Below are positions 9,569 through 19,068 of a stretch of DNA of 64,000 bases, in pieces. The DNA lies in the NCBI GenBank assembly GCA_047617745.1, contig JBLGBN010000002.1, forward strand, positions 6,746 through 70,745, in the 5' to 3' direction. Under the pieces are notes generated by a model that was not told the DNA's origin, made no database searches, and was given only the letters and a program-made list of their open reading frames with translations. The number at the start of each line of letters is the position of its first letter. Positions within the stretch are counted from its first letter, which is position 1. This stretch comes from Candidatus Nanohaloarchaea archaeon (lineage in GTDB: Archaea > Nanohalarchaeota > Nanosalinia > Nanosalinales > Nanosalinaceae). Both the position numbers and the translations under genes were made by a program.

Positions 9569-10744
9569 ATGAAGATTTCTATAATCAGCGACACACACTT
9601 CGGGTACAAATGGAACGAGGAAAGAGGAGAAGACACTTTTGAGAACGCAAAGGAGGCGTTTGAGAGATCGCTGGACGCTGATTTAATTATACTCCCTGGA
9701 GATATTTTCGATAAGAAAATACCGAAGCAGGAGGTGCTGGACAAAGCCTCAGAGGTTCTGGGAACAGCTATGGAAGGTGAAAGAACTGTAGAAGCCGATA
9801 AAGATCTCGGGATCCATGGTTCAGGTATTCCCTCCGTCGCAATACACGGAACACATGAGAGAAGGCCTCGAGCCTACACAAACCCGATCGAGTTGATGGC
9901 GAAAACAGGCCATCTACACCACCTGGACAACGAGAGAACTATATTTGAGAAAGACGGTGAAAAGGTCGCTATATTTGGTTTAAGCGGTGTACCGGAGAGG
10001 TACGCTCCGAAAGCTCTGGAGAAGTTTAACCCCGAACCGGTGGAGGATGCGTTCAACATTCTTGTAGTGCACCAGTCGATCGAGGGTTTTGTCTACACCA
10101 GCGACGACCACGAGTATCTTTCACTTGAAGATTTTCCGGAAGGGTTTGATCTGATAATTAACGGTCATATCCACTGGTACAACCTGGAAAGGTTCCAGGA
10201 AGGAGAGGCCAAGCCCTTGATCCTGCCTGGGTCAACCGTTACAACGCAGATGAACAAGATCGAGGCCGAGAAACCGAAAGGGTTTGTACGTTTAGATACA
10301 CAGAAAGATGAGCTGGATTTCGAGCCGCTGGAAAACGCGAGGGAGGTACATTATATCGAGATCGATGTCGACGGCGAGGAATGGACAGAGGTCAAGAAGA
10401 GAGCTATCGAAAAACTTGAGGAGATAGACGAAGAGAAGAAACCCTTGGTTAACCTGAAGATAAAAGGTGAGACCTCCGGAAGGGTAAATCCACGGGAACT
10501 AAAGAAGATGTTCCGGGATGACATGTTCCTGAACATTAACTCTTCGCTTGACTCCGTGATGGACAGTAATGGCGGAAACGCTCTGGATGAAGTAGATGAT
10601 CCATGGAGCGAGGGCAAGAAGGTGCTTTCGGAGAAAGTGGACTCTGACTTGGAAGTGGATGAAACCGAGTTACTCGAGATGCTGGAGCAGGGTAAACCCG
10701 ACGAAGCCAGCGACTTCCTGAAGAAGCAGGTGGACAGTAAATGA
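9569..10744 (+). CDS. mre11: DNA double-strand break repair nuclease Mre11
   Basis: Calcineurin-like phosphoesterase motifs ISDTHFG, PGDIFD, HGTHE, VVHQS and NGHIHW. Overlaps rad50 by ATGA. Confidence 0.9.
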   Translation: MKISIISDTHFGYKWNEERGEDTFENAKEAFERSLDADLIILPGDIFDKKIPKQEVLDKASEVLGTAMEGERTVEADKDLGIHGSGIPSVAIHGTHERRPRAYTNPIELMAKTGHLHHLDNERTIFEKDGEKVAIFGLSGVPERYAPKALEKFNPEPVEDAFNILVVHQSIEGFVYTSDDHEYLSLEDFPEGFDLIINGHIHWYNLERFQEGEAKPLILPGSTVTTQMNKIEAEKPKGFVRLDTQKDELDFEPLENAREVHYIEIDVDGEEWTEVKKRAIEKLEEIDEEKKPLVNLKIKGETSGRVNPRELKKMFRDDMFLNINSSLDSVMDSNGGNALDEVDDPWSEGKKVLSEKVDSDLEVDETELLEMLEQGKPDEASDFLKKQVDSK

Positions 10745-13005
10745 TTGAAAGAGTAGAACTCAAAAACTGGAAATCTCACCATGAAACCGAACTGGATTTC
10801 GACGAAGGGGTCAACGCTCTGATCGGAACGATGGGCTCAGGCAAATCAAGCGTGATGGAGGCTGTGGTTTTTGCTTTCTATGGTACAACTCCCGCGCATA
10901 ACTCCCGGGAGATAACTCTAGACGACTTAATCAGACGGAATCCTTCACAGGCAGATGAAGCGATGGTTAAGGTAGATTTTGTTATCGGGGATGAAAGTTA
11001 CTCGGTCAAACGAGAGATAGAAAGAGACAAGGGGACGACTAGAAGCGAGCTCAGGAAGGATGGAGAGTTGATTGAGGCACCTTCAACCCGGGAAGTAACG
11101 GAACAGGTCGAGAAACTCCTAGGCCTGAACTTCAAGGCATTTTCAAGAGCTATCTACTCCGAGCAGAACAATCTGGATCTATTCCTGAACATGAGGCCAG
11201 GAACAAGAAAGAAACGGATCGACGAACTACTTGACATCGACAGGTTTGAGGAAGCCAGAAAGAATACTGTCAAAGTCGAGAACAATATGAAGAAGGAATT
11301 AGATGACCGTCAGGAAGCTCTCGGCGAGATGGAAGACGAAATAGATGAGAAAGAGCTGGAGGAGCTTGAAGAGGATATAGAGGATAAACAGGAAAAACTC
11401 GAGGAACTTGAGGAGTCCCTGGAAAATAGGGAGAAACTGCTTGAGGAGAAAAATGAGGAACTGGAGGAAATACAGAAGAAAAAGGAGAAAGCAGAAGAGC
11501 TGGAGGAAAGAAAAACCCGGCTGGAAACCAAGAAAGACTCGCTTGAAGAGCGGATAAACGAGGCGGAGGAAAAACTGGAAGGATTTGATAAACCTGAGAA
11601 AAAACTTGAGGAAAGCCGGGATAAACTGGAAAAACTTGAAGAGAAAAAGGAGAAGCTTGGAAAGCTTGAAGAGAAGAAAAAATACCTGGAAAAAGACATA
11701 GAGGAACTTAAGGAGGATATAGAAACACTTGAAGAGGAAGCTGAAGAGTTCGAGAAATTTGAACAACTTGAAGATGAGCTGGAAGAACTCGAAGAAGAGA
11801 TAGAAACAATTAAAGAGGAAGGTAATGGCTTCTACGCGGAAAGAACTAATCTGAAGGAAAGTCTCGAAACCCTGAAAGAATCAGACGGAGAATGCCCGAC
11901 CTGCGGCCAGGAAATGAACGAAAAACACCGTGAAAAAGTTGTTTCGGATAGAAAGGAAAAGATCAGGGAACTCAAGAAGAAGGAGAAAAAGCTCCGGGAA
12001 AAACTGGAGAAAAAGACCGAAAGGCAGGAGGAACTTGAAGAGAAAAGAGACAAACTCCTGGAGTTCAAGTCATCCGGTGAGAAGCTGGAAGAAAAACAGG
12101 AAAAACTTGGAGAGAAAAAAGAGAAGCTGGAAGAAATAAGTGAGGAGATCGAGGAGCTGGGAGAACAGGTATCCGGAGAGAAACTTGAGGAACTGAAACA
12201 GAAAATAGAGAAGCTGGAATCTGTTGAGAAGATCGAGGAACTTGAGGAGAAAGAAGAACATATTGAGGAGAAGCTTGAGGAAACAGTAGGAGAGCTAGAG
12301 GATATCGAGTTCGATGAAGAAAAACTTGAAGATCTCCGGGACAAGATATCGGAGCTTAAGGAGAAAAAGTCCGCCGAAAAACAGGAGCTGAAATCCGAGA
12401 AACAGTTACTTGAGGAGAAACAGAAAAGACTGGACCAGATGAAGAAACAGGTTGAGAAAAAAGAGGAGCTAGAACAGGAAGTTGAAAGACTTGATCAGGT
12501 TCTCGACTATATCCATAGCTACAAGACCGGGCTGAAGGAAACCCAGATCGAGCTAAGGCAGAAGTTCGTCTCCAAACTGAACGACCTGATGGATGATATC
12601 TGGACTCAGATTTATCCATACGACGATTACTACTCAATCCGTCTAAACGCAGAGGAAGATTACCTTGTGGAGGTTCTGGATTCAGATAATAACTGGATTT
12701 CGGCCGAGGCAGAAGTATCAGGCGGTGAGAGACATTCCGCCGCACTTGTCATGAGACTTGCACTGAGCTTCACACTATCACCTAAAATACAGCTGCTGAT
12801 GCTGGACGAGCCAACCCACAACATGGACTCCTCTGCTGTAGAGGAATTAGCAGAGACTTTAAGGCAGAACTCGGATCAGCTGGTTAAGCAGATGTTCATA
12901 GTGACACATGATCCCGCACTGGAATCCGCCGCAACCGGGAAACTGTACCGGCTGGAGAAAAAGAATACTGAAACGGGCTTAACTGAAGTAGAGGAGATCA
13001 ACTAG
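10741..13005 (+). CDS. rad50: DNA double-strand break repair ATPase Rad50
   Basis: Walker A GTMGSGKSS, a long E/K-rich coiled coil with the zinc hook CPTCGQ, signature SGGE, and Walker B LLMLDEPT. Confidence 0.92.
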   Translation: MIERVELKNWKSHHETELDFDEGVNALIGTMGSGKSSVMEAVVFAFYGTTPAHNSREITLDDLIRRNPSQADEAMVKVDFVIGDESYSVKREIERDKGTTRSELRKDGELIEAPSTREVTEQVEKLLGLNFKAFSRAIYSEQNNLDLFLNMRPGTRKKRIDELLDIDRFEEARKNTVKVENNMKKELDDRQEALGEMEDEIDEKELEELEEDIEDKQEKLEELEESLENREKLLEEKNEELEEIQKKKEKAEELEERKTRLETKKDSLEERINEAEEKLEGFDKPEKKLEESRDKLEKLEEKKEKLGKLEEKKKYLEKDIEELKEDIETLEEEAEEFEKFEQLEDELEELEEEIETIKEEGNGFYAERTNLKESLETLKESDGECPTCGQEMNEKHREKVVSDRKEKIRELKKKEKKLREKLEKKTERQEELEEKRDKLLEFKSSGEKLEEKQEKLGEKKEKLEEISEEIEELGEQVSGEKLEELKQKIEKLESVEKIEELEEKEEHIEEKLEETVGELEDIEFDEEKLEDLRDKISELKEKKSAEKQELKSEKQLLEEKQKRLDQMKKQVEKKEELEQEVERLDQVLDYIHSYKTGLKETQIELRQKFVSKLNDLMDDIWTQIYPYDDYYSIRLNAEEDYLVEVLDSDNNWISAEAEVSGGERHSAALVMRLALSFTLSPKIQLLMLDEPTHNMDSSAVEELAETLRQNSDQLVKQMFIVTHDPALESAATGKLYRLEKKNTETGLTEVEEIN

Positions 13006-13033
13006 TTTAAAGTAGAAATAAAAGCAAATGGAG

Positions 13034-14494
13034 CTACATAAACGCTTCTACATCTTCATCCATCTGCTCTTCCTCCTCTTTCCAGTCTTTCAGCGCGTCT
13101 TCCAGACCTTCTCCCGAATCGGATTCCTTTGACCTTCTTTCTCTGACGTCGACAAAGGTTGGATGGTTAACTGCTTCACCCATGATAATCCCTTCTCCTG
13201 TTTTCAGTCCAGGTATCTCTGCGGCGACTTCCGAAGTTATTCCCTCGGAACTGGTCTTGATGTGATCGAGGTCGTTCGGATTGGTTACTCTCAAAACCAT
13301 CTTTGTGTTGCACTGGGATAGGGCGGTTGTGGAGAGCTTTACCGGTCTCTGGCTTATGAGTCCGATTGATGCGTGGAACTTTCTTCCCTCCCTTGCCATC
13401 TTTTCGATGACCTGTTTGGACGCTGAAGGTGTCTGCTCGGGAGCGAAGTTGTGAGCCTCTTCCAGGAGGTATAAGAACGGCGGAATTGATCCGGTTCGCC
13501 TCTTGCGGAAGAAGTGCTTGCCGAAGAAGGCGGTGATGATCTGCTTCTTCTGGTTGTTGATTATATCACTCAGATCGATAATATTCAGTTTGCCCGGTTC
13601 CAAGTCTCTGGATGAGGGCTTGTTGGTTTTACCGAAGATATTCATGGATTTCAGCTGGTTCAGCTTTCTGAGAAGGGCGTACTTTACCTTCTCATTCATC
13701 TCCTCGGACTCGACCCGGGATATTACATCTTCCATACTGTAGTCGCTGTTCTCCCCACGGTTTAGAGCGGAGAAAACTTTCTCCAGTTCCTGTCGCTGCG
13801 CCGGTGAAAAATTACCTGTGAAGAAAGAGGCAATCTGGCCGGCGGAAAGCGAGTTAACCGCGATCTGTATATCCTTGTCGTTGAAAACCTTGACGTCCTG
13901 CATGTAGTTCTCGTCGTCCGCGAAACATGTGTAGTCGCCGTGCGGATCTACAGCAAGAATTGCCGGGGAATAGTCGCGGTCAAGTAACTCCTCCAGTAGA
14001 ACGGACGCGGTATAGGATTTCCCGGCCCCTGACTGCGCCAGTATCGCGAAGTGTTTCTGAAGCGTGTCTGTCATGTTGACCGAGGCCTCAATCTCCTGCT
14101 GCTGGACCTTTCCAATGTTTAAACCGTCTTCGTCCAGACCAAGAAACTCTTCAACCCTTTCAGGATCCGCGTTACTTACCTCCATTCCCGGTGAGGGCGA
14201 ACTGGAAACCCTTGAGATCATGCCATCCTGGAACTTACCCATGATCTCGGTTCTTGCAATCCTTACTTCCCATTCGTCTACAGGGAACTTCTCCTTCAAG
14301 TTCTCTGCTGACTCGGAGACGCTCTCCGCGTTTTCAAAGTATTCGTTTGCCCGGAAGACTTCTGATACTCTTCCTATAACCGTTCCATTATTCTCGTACT
14401 CTACAAAGCTTCCCTTCCCAAGGTCTCCGCTATAGACAAAGTAGAACTCTCTCGAGGTCGGGGTATCTCCTCTCTGGATGACAGTCGCGTCCAT
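13034..14494 (-). CDS. herA: HerA-type hexameric DNA helicase/translocase
   Basis: The N-terminus looks like a HAS barrel. It has a Walker A ILAQSGAGKSYT and FtsK/HerA-like core motifs (LLEEAHNF, ISQRP). It is convergent with mre11-rad50. Confidence 0.85.
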   Translation of the reverse strand: MDATVIQRGDTPTSREFYFVYSGDLGKGSFVEYENNGTVIGRVSEVFRANEYFENAESVSESAENLKEKFPVDEWEVRIARTEIMGKFQDGMISRVSSSPSPGMEVSNADPERVEEFLGLDEDGLNIGKVQQQEIEASVNMTDTLQKHFAILAQSGAGKSYTASVLLEELLDRDYSPAILAVDPHGDYTCFADDENYMQDVKVFNDKDIQIAVNSLSAGQIASFFTGNFSPAQRQELEKVFSALNRGENSDYSMEDVISRVESEEMNEKVKYALLRKLNQLKSMNIFGKTNKPSSRDLEPGKLNIIDLSDIINNQKKQIITAFFGKHFFRKRRTGSIPPFLYLLEEAHNFAPEQTPSASKQVIEKMAREGRKFHASIGLISQRPVKLSTTALSQCNTKMVLRVTNPNDLDHIKTSSEGITSEVAAEIPGLKTGEGIIMGEAVNHPTFVDVRERRSKESDSGEGLEDALKDWKEEEEQMDEDVEAFM

Positions 14495-14520
14495 AAACTG
14501 AATCTTGAGGATTAACTGAT

Positions 14521-17500
14521 TTAACTTCTTCCATGGAGGGCAAAGACTGCTGTAGCAGTTACAAACAGCGCCACAATCTGGAATGCCTGGATCCCTGGAA
14601 CTTCCTGATTCCCTACACTACCTGTTCCACCTGCATCCTCTACAACGCTGACCTGAACTGAGTCGGATCCGAGAAGGTTTGAGTTAACCGCGTCAGCCCT
14701 GACTGTAAGAGCGTCATTGTTGAGGTTGAGGTTTCCTCCTCGCACCTCAATGTTGTAGGTTCTGGAGCTCTGCGGTCCTATCGTGGTTCTGAACTCCTGT
14801 CCTTCTTTCTCCACAAAGGATGCGAACTGGTCGGCGGACGGATCGCTGCTATCCTGCTCCATTGTAACATCAAAGGTCTGCTCGGTTCCCCTGACGTTGA
14901 TAACCTCGAAGGAAACCGTTCTGGACTGTCCTAGAGGGACATCAAGCTGGTCCTGGTTGAAGTGGACCGGCCAGTCCGAGAACCATGCACCGTTGAAGCA
15001 GGAAATCTCCGGCTGACCTGTCACATCCTGTATTTCGATCTTGTCGCCCGGCTCAAACACTGTTCTCTCCTCAACATCTGTCTGGTATTTGCTCTCATCA
15101 TCTCCTCTGAATACACAGCTTCCGTCTAGTTTCCCTACGCCCTGAACTGTTCTGTCGGTATCACAGTAACGGGTGTTACATTCCTGGGTCGCGAGATACT
15201 CCGAACCGTCGTCTCCGCCGCAGAATCCTTTTGTAGCTGTTCTATCGAACTGGTTGCCTGTCGGGACAGGTGTTGTTCCTGGTGAACTGGATCCAGGTGT
15301 GGATTCATAGCTTCCGTGCCCTCTCTGGATCATGTGCTCGTTCCAGGAATCATCAATACCTCCTTTAACAGCCTGAGGATAAGTATCTACATAATCCGTG
15401 TCAAACCATCTTACACCCTCGTCTCCATAAAGATTGTTCTGGTTACAGAACTCTGACTGGTAATCCTGATCGTACCATATAGCAAAGTCGTCCTGACCAT
15501 CAATTTTCTGGCAGAACTCCCGATCTTCTTTGAATCTCCCGACGTCCTCTCCAGGCTCCTCGGTGTTGGCATAGTTACCCTGGTCAACAAGTCTCTCTCC
15601 TTCCGGCGCACTAGGATCGTAGCATGAGTTGAGGGAGTCGGCGCACGCATAGTCTCCCCGGTATCTCTGTGAGTTCTCCGATTCTCCTATCTGTTCAACG
15701 AAGTATTCAAGCCGGTCATCTCCGCAGATCGGCTGCTCGAATTCCTCTGCAAGGTTTCCGGAGCTATCCTGTTCCCAGTAGAAGTCTTCCGCAACAACAC
15801 GACAACCACCATCTTTTGTGGAAAGGCATTCAGGACTAGAAACATCTATTCCCAATCCTGTATCAGGCCCTGTAAGATCCATCTTGAAACCTACGTTCGT
15901 ACCGGTCACATCACTTGAACTCAGAGCAGCCTGCCAGCTCCCATCAGAGGGTGTCAGTTTTACATCACCCGCGTTGTTAACCATATCGTCTGGATCAATC
16001 CAGACACCGTCACCTGCCTCTACAGCTACACCTTGATGTTCGTCTGCGGCTTTGAAACCAGATTTTGCAACTGCGGCAAATGAGTTAGCGAACGCCTTCT
16101 TTCTCTTGTCGACCGAGTCGGCATCTGTCGAGCCTCTCTGATCGGATTCATGCCGGTAGTATGTACTGTAAGGCGGATAAGGGACACCTGTAGTATCTAT
16201 ACTCCATGTAAGACTTTTGGTAATAGCCCATGCATCGGCATCGGCTCCGCCGACCGAGTTCTCGTAGAAAGGCTGGTCATTCGGATCGTAGAACTGTGGT
16301 TCCATTCCGTCTTCAAGCTGGTCAGATCTCTCCTGCAACTGGTTTGCATAACCGGTGAAACCTTCAAGCTTGTTCTCTCCATCAGAATCGCCCTGCGGGT
16401 TATAGTCTTCTTCTCTCAGTCCTTCCTGGAAGAAGCTGTAGAAAGTCTGCCCGCTCCCCCTGGAAGGCTTTACAACCGTGTTTTCGGCTGAATCATCACA
16501 GTTAATTTCGTCAAACCTAGGGTTTCCACAGTTATCCTCCATAGCTGTACCTGATCTATCGCCTTCAGGGTTGTGCTCGCTGTGCTGAGGAGGATTCATG
16601 TTATCATGCCAGTAGTAGGCTATATTATGTGGACTGGATTCATCCCCGTTTGTGATAAGATCGTTTCCAGGACCTCTCAGATACTCCTGAGCCAGTTCGC
16701 TGTCTAGATCGTACCATTCACCTCCCGCATCTTTGTAATCAGGGTGAGATGTATCACAGTTCCCGTTCTCGTATGCTTCGTTGTTAATAACGCCTTGATC
16801 GTCCATACAGTATTCATCTCCCTCTAGGTTCCAAGGCTGATCGTAATCAGGCTGTCCAACGCTATCATCTATATTGAGGCAGACCTCCCAGTCAGGGCTG
16901 TTGCCTCCCTCCTCGTATGGATCAGTGGAGCGGTTAGGCGCAACGTTTCCAACATAACCCTCAGAAACTTCGTTTCTCTTCAGTATACAGTCGTTAATGT
17001 TATCGACCTCTCCCTGGAAATGTCCCGGGTTCTCCTCGAACTGATCCTCGTTTATCTCAGGACCTTCCATGTAAACCCAGTAAGTATTTTCTTCGTCTCC
17101 ACCAGGGCCGTGGTAGTCAGACGGCGTTCCTGTACCGCTACCAGTATCATCCCTGTCCGTATCACACTCTATCAGCCTTTCCCCAGTTTGTACACTGACC
17201 TCATTGTTTTCCCAGATGCTGTTAACCTTCTTACAGACCGAGTAGGAATCAGTGACGTAGGCAATTTTCTTCTCAATAGTTATCGCATCCTGAGGATTGT
17301 CCCACTCCGGATCTCCACGAGTACCGGATCCTTCAACCGTCTGCATATCGACATAAACCAGACATGTAGTATCAGAACCACAGTCTTCGTTTAATCTACT
17401 GGTTAACTGTGAATCACTCAGATGTCTAAAACCGGTTCCTCCGTCCGAACGATCAGCGTAGTACCGACCTACAGTATCCTCTCCACTGGGTCCTTCAGTT

Positions 17501-18921
17501 CCAACGACCTCCCCATCATGAATTACTGCCCAGCCATCTCCGTAACCTTTTGGGCCGTCTGCATCAACAGTTAAAGTGTGGTCATAACCACACCAGACTG
17601 AGCCCTCCTCTTCCTTGGTTCCACTCTGAGCATCGAATTCTTTGGATCCCCAACTACTACTGTCATGCGCAGTAAACCGGGTATAAGTACCTGCGGGATC
17701 GTTATCAGGTTTGTCGGAATACCCTTCTATAGAATTACCATCTACATCTCTTTCATTAGTATCAGAGCCTCCATCAACTACGCTGTAACTTTCGTCACAG
17801 TCAACAACTCTGTTGTCATCCCAGTCCCTAGTATCTCCTACTTCACAGTCATAATCATCAGGTTCTCCACACCTATAGCATGTATCAGTATAACCACATG
17901 ATCTATCCTCTCCTTCCCCACTACATTCATAATCACAGGCGTAAGACTCGGTTGTACTACAACTTCCTGAAGCCTCTTGAACAGGCCCCTCAGCATGGCT
18001 CTCACTACAATCTTCCCTCCAGATCTGATCCTGATTCCTTATCTCGTAGTACTCGTTGTCATTCTGGTAATCCTTATTTTCATCAACATTTGAATTACAG
18101 CTATCAAAACCACTTCCACAGGAATCACTGCTGTCGCATTCAGGGTCTAAAGTGGTTTCATCATTATTACAGCTCATGCTTCCCTGACCTTCCGGTATCT
18201 GACGGTCATGTTTCTCGAAAAGCCGGCCGTAATCATACTTACAGTTTATTTCCGGAATATTGGAGCTGTCTGTATCCTCTTCTGACTCCTGACCATCAGG
18301 ATAATCCTGGAGGTTCTGATTATCTATATCCTCATTTTCTTTACCGTCCCCACAGGTAACCGGTTCTCCGCCTACAACATCACCGGACTCGGCCGGAGTT
18401 GGAGGATCGATTACCCTATCCTGGTATGAGTTGGCTGTGTAGACTGTTCCATCCGGGAACTCGCTTCTGTCATATTCATGGTAATCTAGTCGTCCTCCGC
18501 CATAGTTTTCTCCTATTGAGGAGGGCCATCCAGGTTTTAGGTATCTGTAGGCATCATTAATATGTGTCTCATTTAACTGGTCGCTGGAGGACTCCCATTC
18601 GTCCCCTATAACCTCTCCACCTTTCCTGATTTCCCCCTCGTAGAAGACAGAGAAATCAGTCTGTAAGTCTCCAAAGTTACCTTCACCGCCTACAATCAGA
18701 GCGGTGAGGTCTGTGTCCCAGATGTCGAACTCGGATTTATCGTCGTAGTAAGGTGCTACACACCCCGGGTCGTCTCCATCTGTTTTACCGTCATCGTCGT
18801 TATCCACTTCGTCTGTACACTGTGTATCCGGGGATGCTCCTCCATCGGTTACATAGGATGCTCCTCCTCCTAGAAGAAGGAGTGATGCGGTTACTAGAAC
18901 AAGGATTTGGCTGTATTTCAC
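14521..18921 (-). CDS. giant hyper-acidic cysteine-rich cell-surface protein with C-terminal hydrophobic anchor
   Basis: The ORF is open to ATG 18987 (1488 aa). GTG 18921 gives a canonical signal peptide (VKYSQILVLVTASLLLLGGGAS) and lies about 27 nt downstream of a TATA-like TTATTTATAC (18944-18953, minus strand). The protein contains dozens of Cys, very high D/E/N/G content and a CTDEVDNDDDGKTDGDDPGC motif. A C-terminal beta-rich domain (SRTVSFEVINVRG...) follows, then PGIQAFQIVALFVTATAVFALHGRS. Confidence 0.8.
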   Translation of the reverse strand: MKYSQILVLVTASLLLLGGGASYVTDGGASPDTQCTDEVDNDDDGKTDGDDPGCVAPYYDDKSEFDIWDTDLTALIVGGEGNFGDLQTDFSVFYEGEIRKGGEVIGDEWESSSDQLNETHINDAYRYLKPGWPSSIGENYGGGRLDYHEYDRSEFPDGTVYTANSYQDRVIDPPTPAESGDVVGGEPVTCGDGKENEDIDNQNLQDYPDGQESEEDTDSSNIPEINCKYDYGRLFEKHDRQIPEGQGSMSCNNDETTLDPECDSSDSCGSGFDSCNSNVDENKDYQNDNEYYEIRNQDQIWREDCSESHAEGPVQEASGSCSTTESYACDYECSGEGEDRSCGYTDTCYRCGEPDDYDCEVGDTRDWDDNRVVDCDESYSVVDGGSDTNERDVDGNSIEGYSDKPDNDPAGTYTRFTAHDSSSWGSKEFDAQSGTKEEEGSVWCGYDHTLTVDADGPKGYGDGWAVIHDGEVVGTEGPSGEDTVGRYYADRSDGGTGFRHLSDSQLTSRLNEDCGSDTTCLVYVDMQTVEGSGTRGDPEWDNPQDAITIEKKIAYVTDSYSVCKKVNSIWENNEVSVQTGERLIECDTDRDDTGSGTGTPSDYHGPGGDEENTYWVYMEGPEINEDQFEENPGHFQGEVDNINDCILKRNEVSEGYVGNVAPNRSTDPYEEGGNSPDWEVCLNIDDSVGQPDYDQPWNLEGDEYCMDDQGVINNEAYENGNCDTSHPDYKDAGGEWYDLDSELAQEYLRGPGNDLITNGDESSPHNIAYYWHDNMNPPQHSEHNPEGDRSGTAMEDNCGNPRFDEINCDDSAENTVVKPSRGSGQTFYSFFQEGLREEDYNPQGDSDGENKLEGFTGYANQLQERSDQLEDGMEPQFYDPNDQPFYENSVGGADADAWAITKSLTWSIDTTGVPYPPYSTYYRHESDQRGSTDADSVDKRKKAFANSFAAVAKSGFKAADEHQGVAVEAGDGVWIDPDDMVNNAGDVKLTPSDGSWQAALSSSDVTGTNVGFKMDLTGPDTGLGIDVSSPECLSTKDGGCRVVAEDFYWEQDSSGNLAEEFEQPICGDDRLEYFVEQIGESENSQRYRGDYACADSLNSCYDPSAPEGERLVDQGNYANTEEPGEDVGRFKEDREFCQKIDGQDDFAIWYDQDYQSEFCNQNNLYGDEGVRWFDTDYVDTYPQAVKGGIDDSWNEHMIQRGHGSYESTPGSSSPGTTPVPTGNQFDRTATKGFCGGDDGSEYLATQECNTRYCDTDRTVQGVGKLDGSCVFRGDDESKYQTDVEERTVFEPGDKIEIQDVTGQPEISCFNGAWFSDWPVHFNQDQLDVPLGQSRTVSFEVINVRGTEQTFDVTMEQDSSDPSADQFASFVEKEGQEFRTTIGPQSSRTYNIEVRGGNLNLNNDALTVRADAVNSNLLGSDSVQVSVVEDAGGTGSVGNQEVPGIQAFQIVALFVTATAVFALHGRS

Positions 18922-19019
18922 GTCTAAAACTTTTCTCTTCCCTGTATAAATAACCAGTGTGAACCATCTTAGATTAGGCCAGGGCATACGTACTCCGCAA
19001 CTTTTTACAACTAAAGAAC

Positions 19020-19047
19020 AGTAACAAATTCCGTTAGATTTAATAAT
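19020..19047 (+). promoter_or_regulatory. shared promoter block AGTAACAAATTCC-N5-ATTTAATAAT upstream of lipoprotein gene 1
   Basis: The 13-mer AGTAACAAATTCC followed by an A/T box also occurs at 20592-20618, upstream of the paralog. The A/T box lies about 25 nt upstream of ATG 19069. Confidence 0.5.
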
Positions 19048-19068
19048 TCTGCGGTTTCAAATAGGGTT

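Noticed and set aside
11299-12745. Long minus-strand ORFs (S-, F- and L-rich, 129-170 aa) and an apparently periodic sequence inside rad50
   Set aside because: They are antisense artefacts of the GAA/GAG/AAA-rich coiled-coil coding region (E/K heptads). The periodicity is codon-level low complexity, not a CRISPR array or a tandem DNA repeat with spacers.
13034-14494. HerA ATPase as part of an anti-phage defence system (HerA-Sir2 or HerA-DUF4297 type)
   Set aside because: It lies next to mre11-rad50, the canonical archaeal DSB-repair context. No effector-like partner gene is adjacent.
18922-18987. ATG 18987 as the start of the giant protein (1488-aa version)
   Set aside because: It adds 22 residues (MPWPNLRWFTLVIYTGKRKVLD) in front of an otherwise canonical signal peptide. 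GTG 18921 has a TATA-like box at the usual distance. This is kept as an alternative and not excluded.
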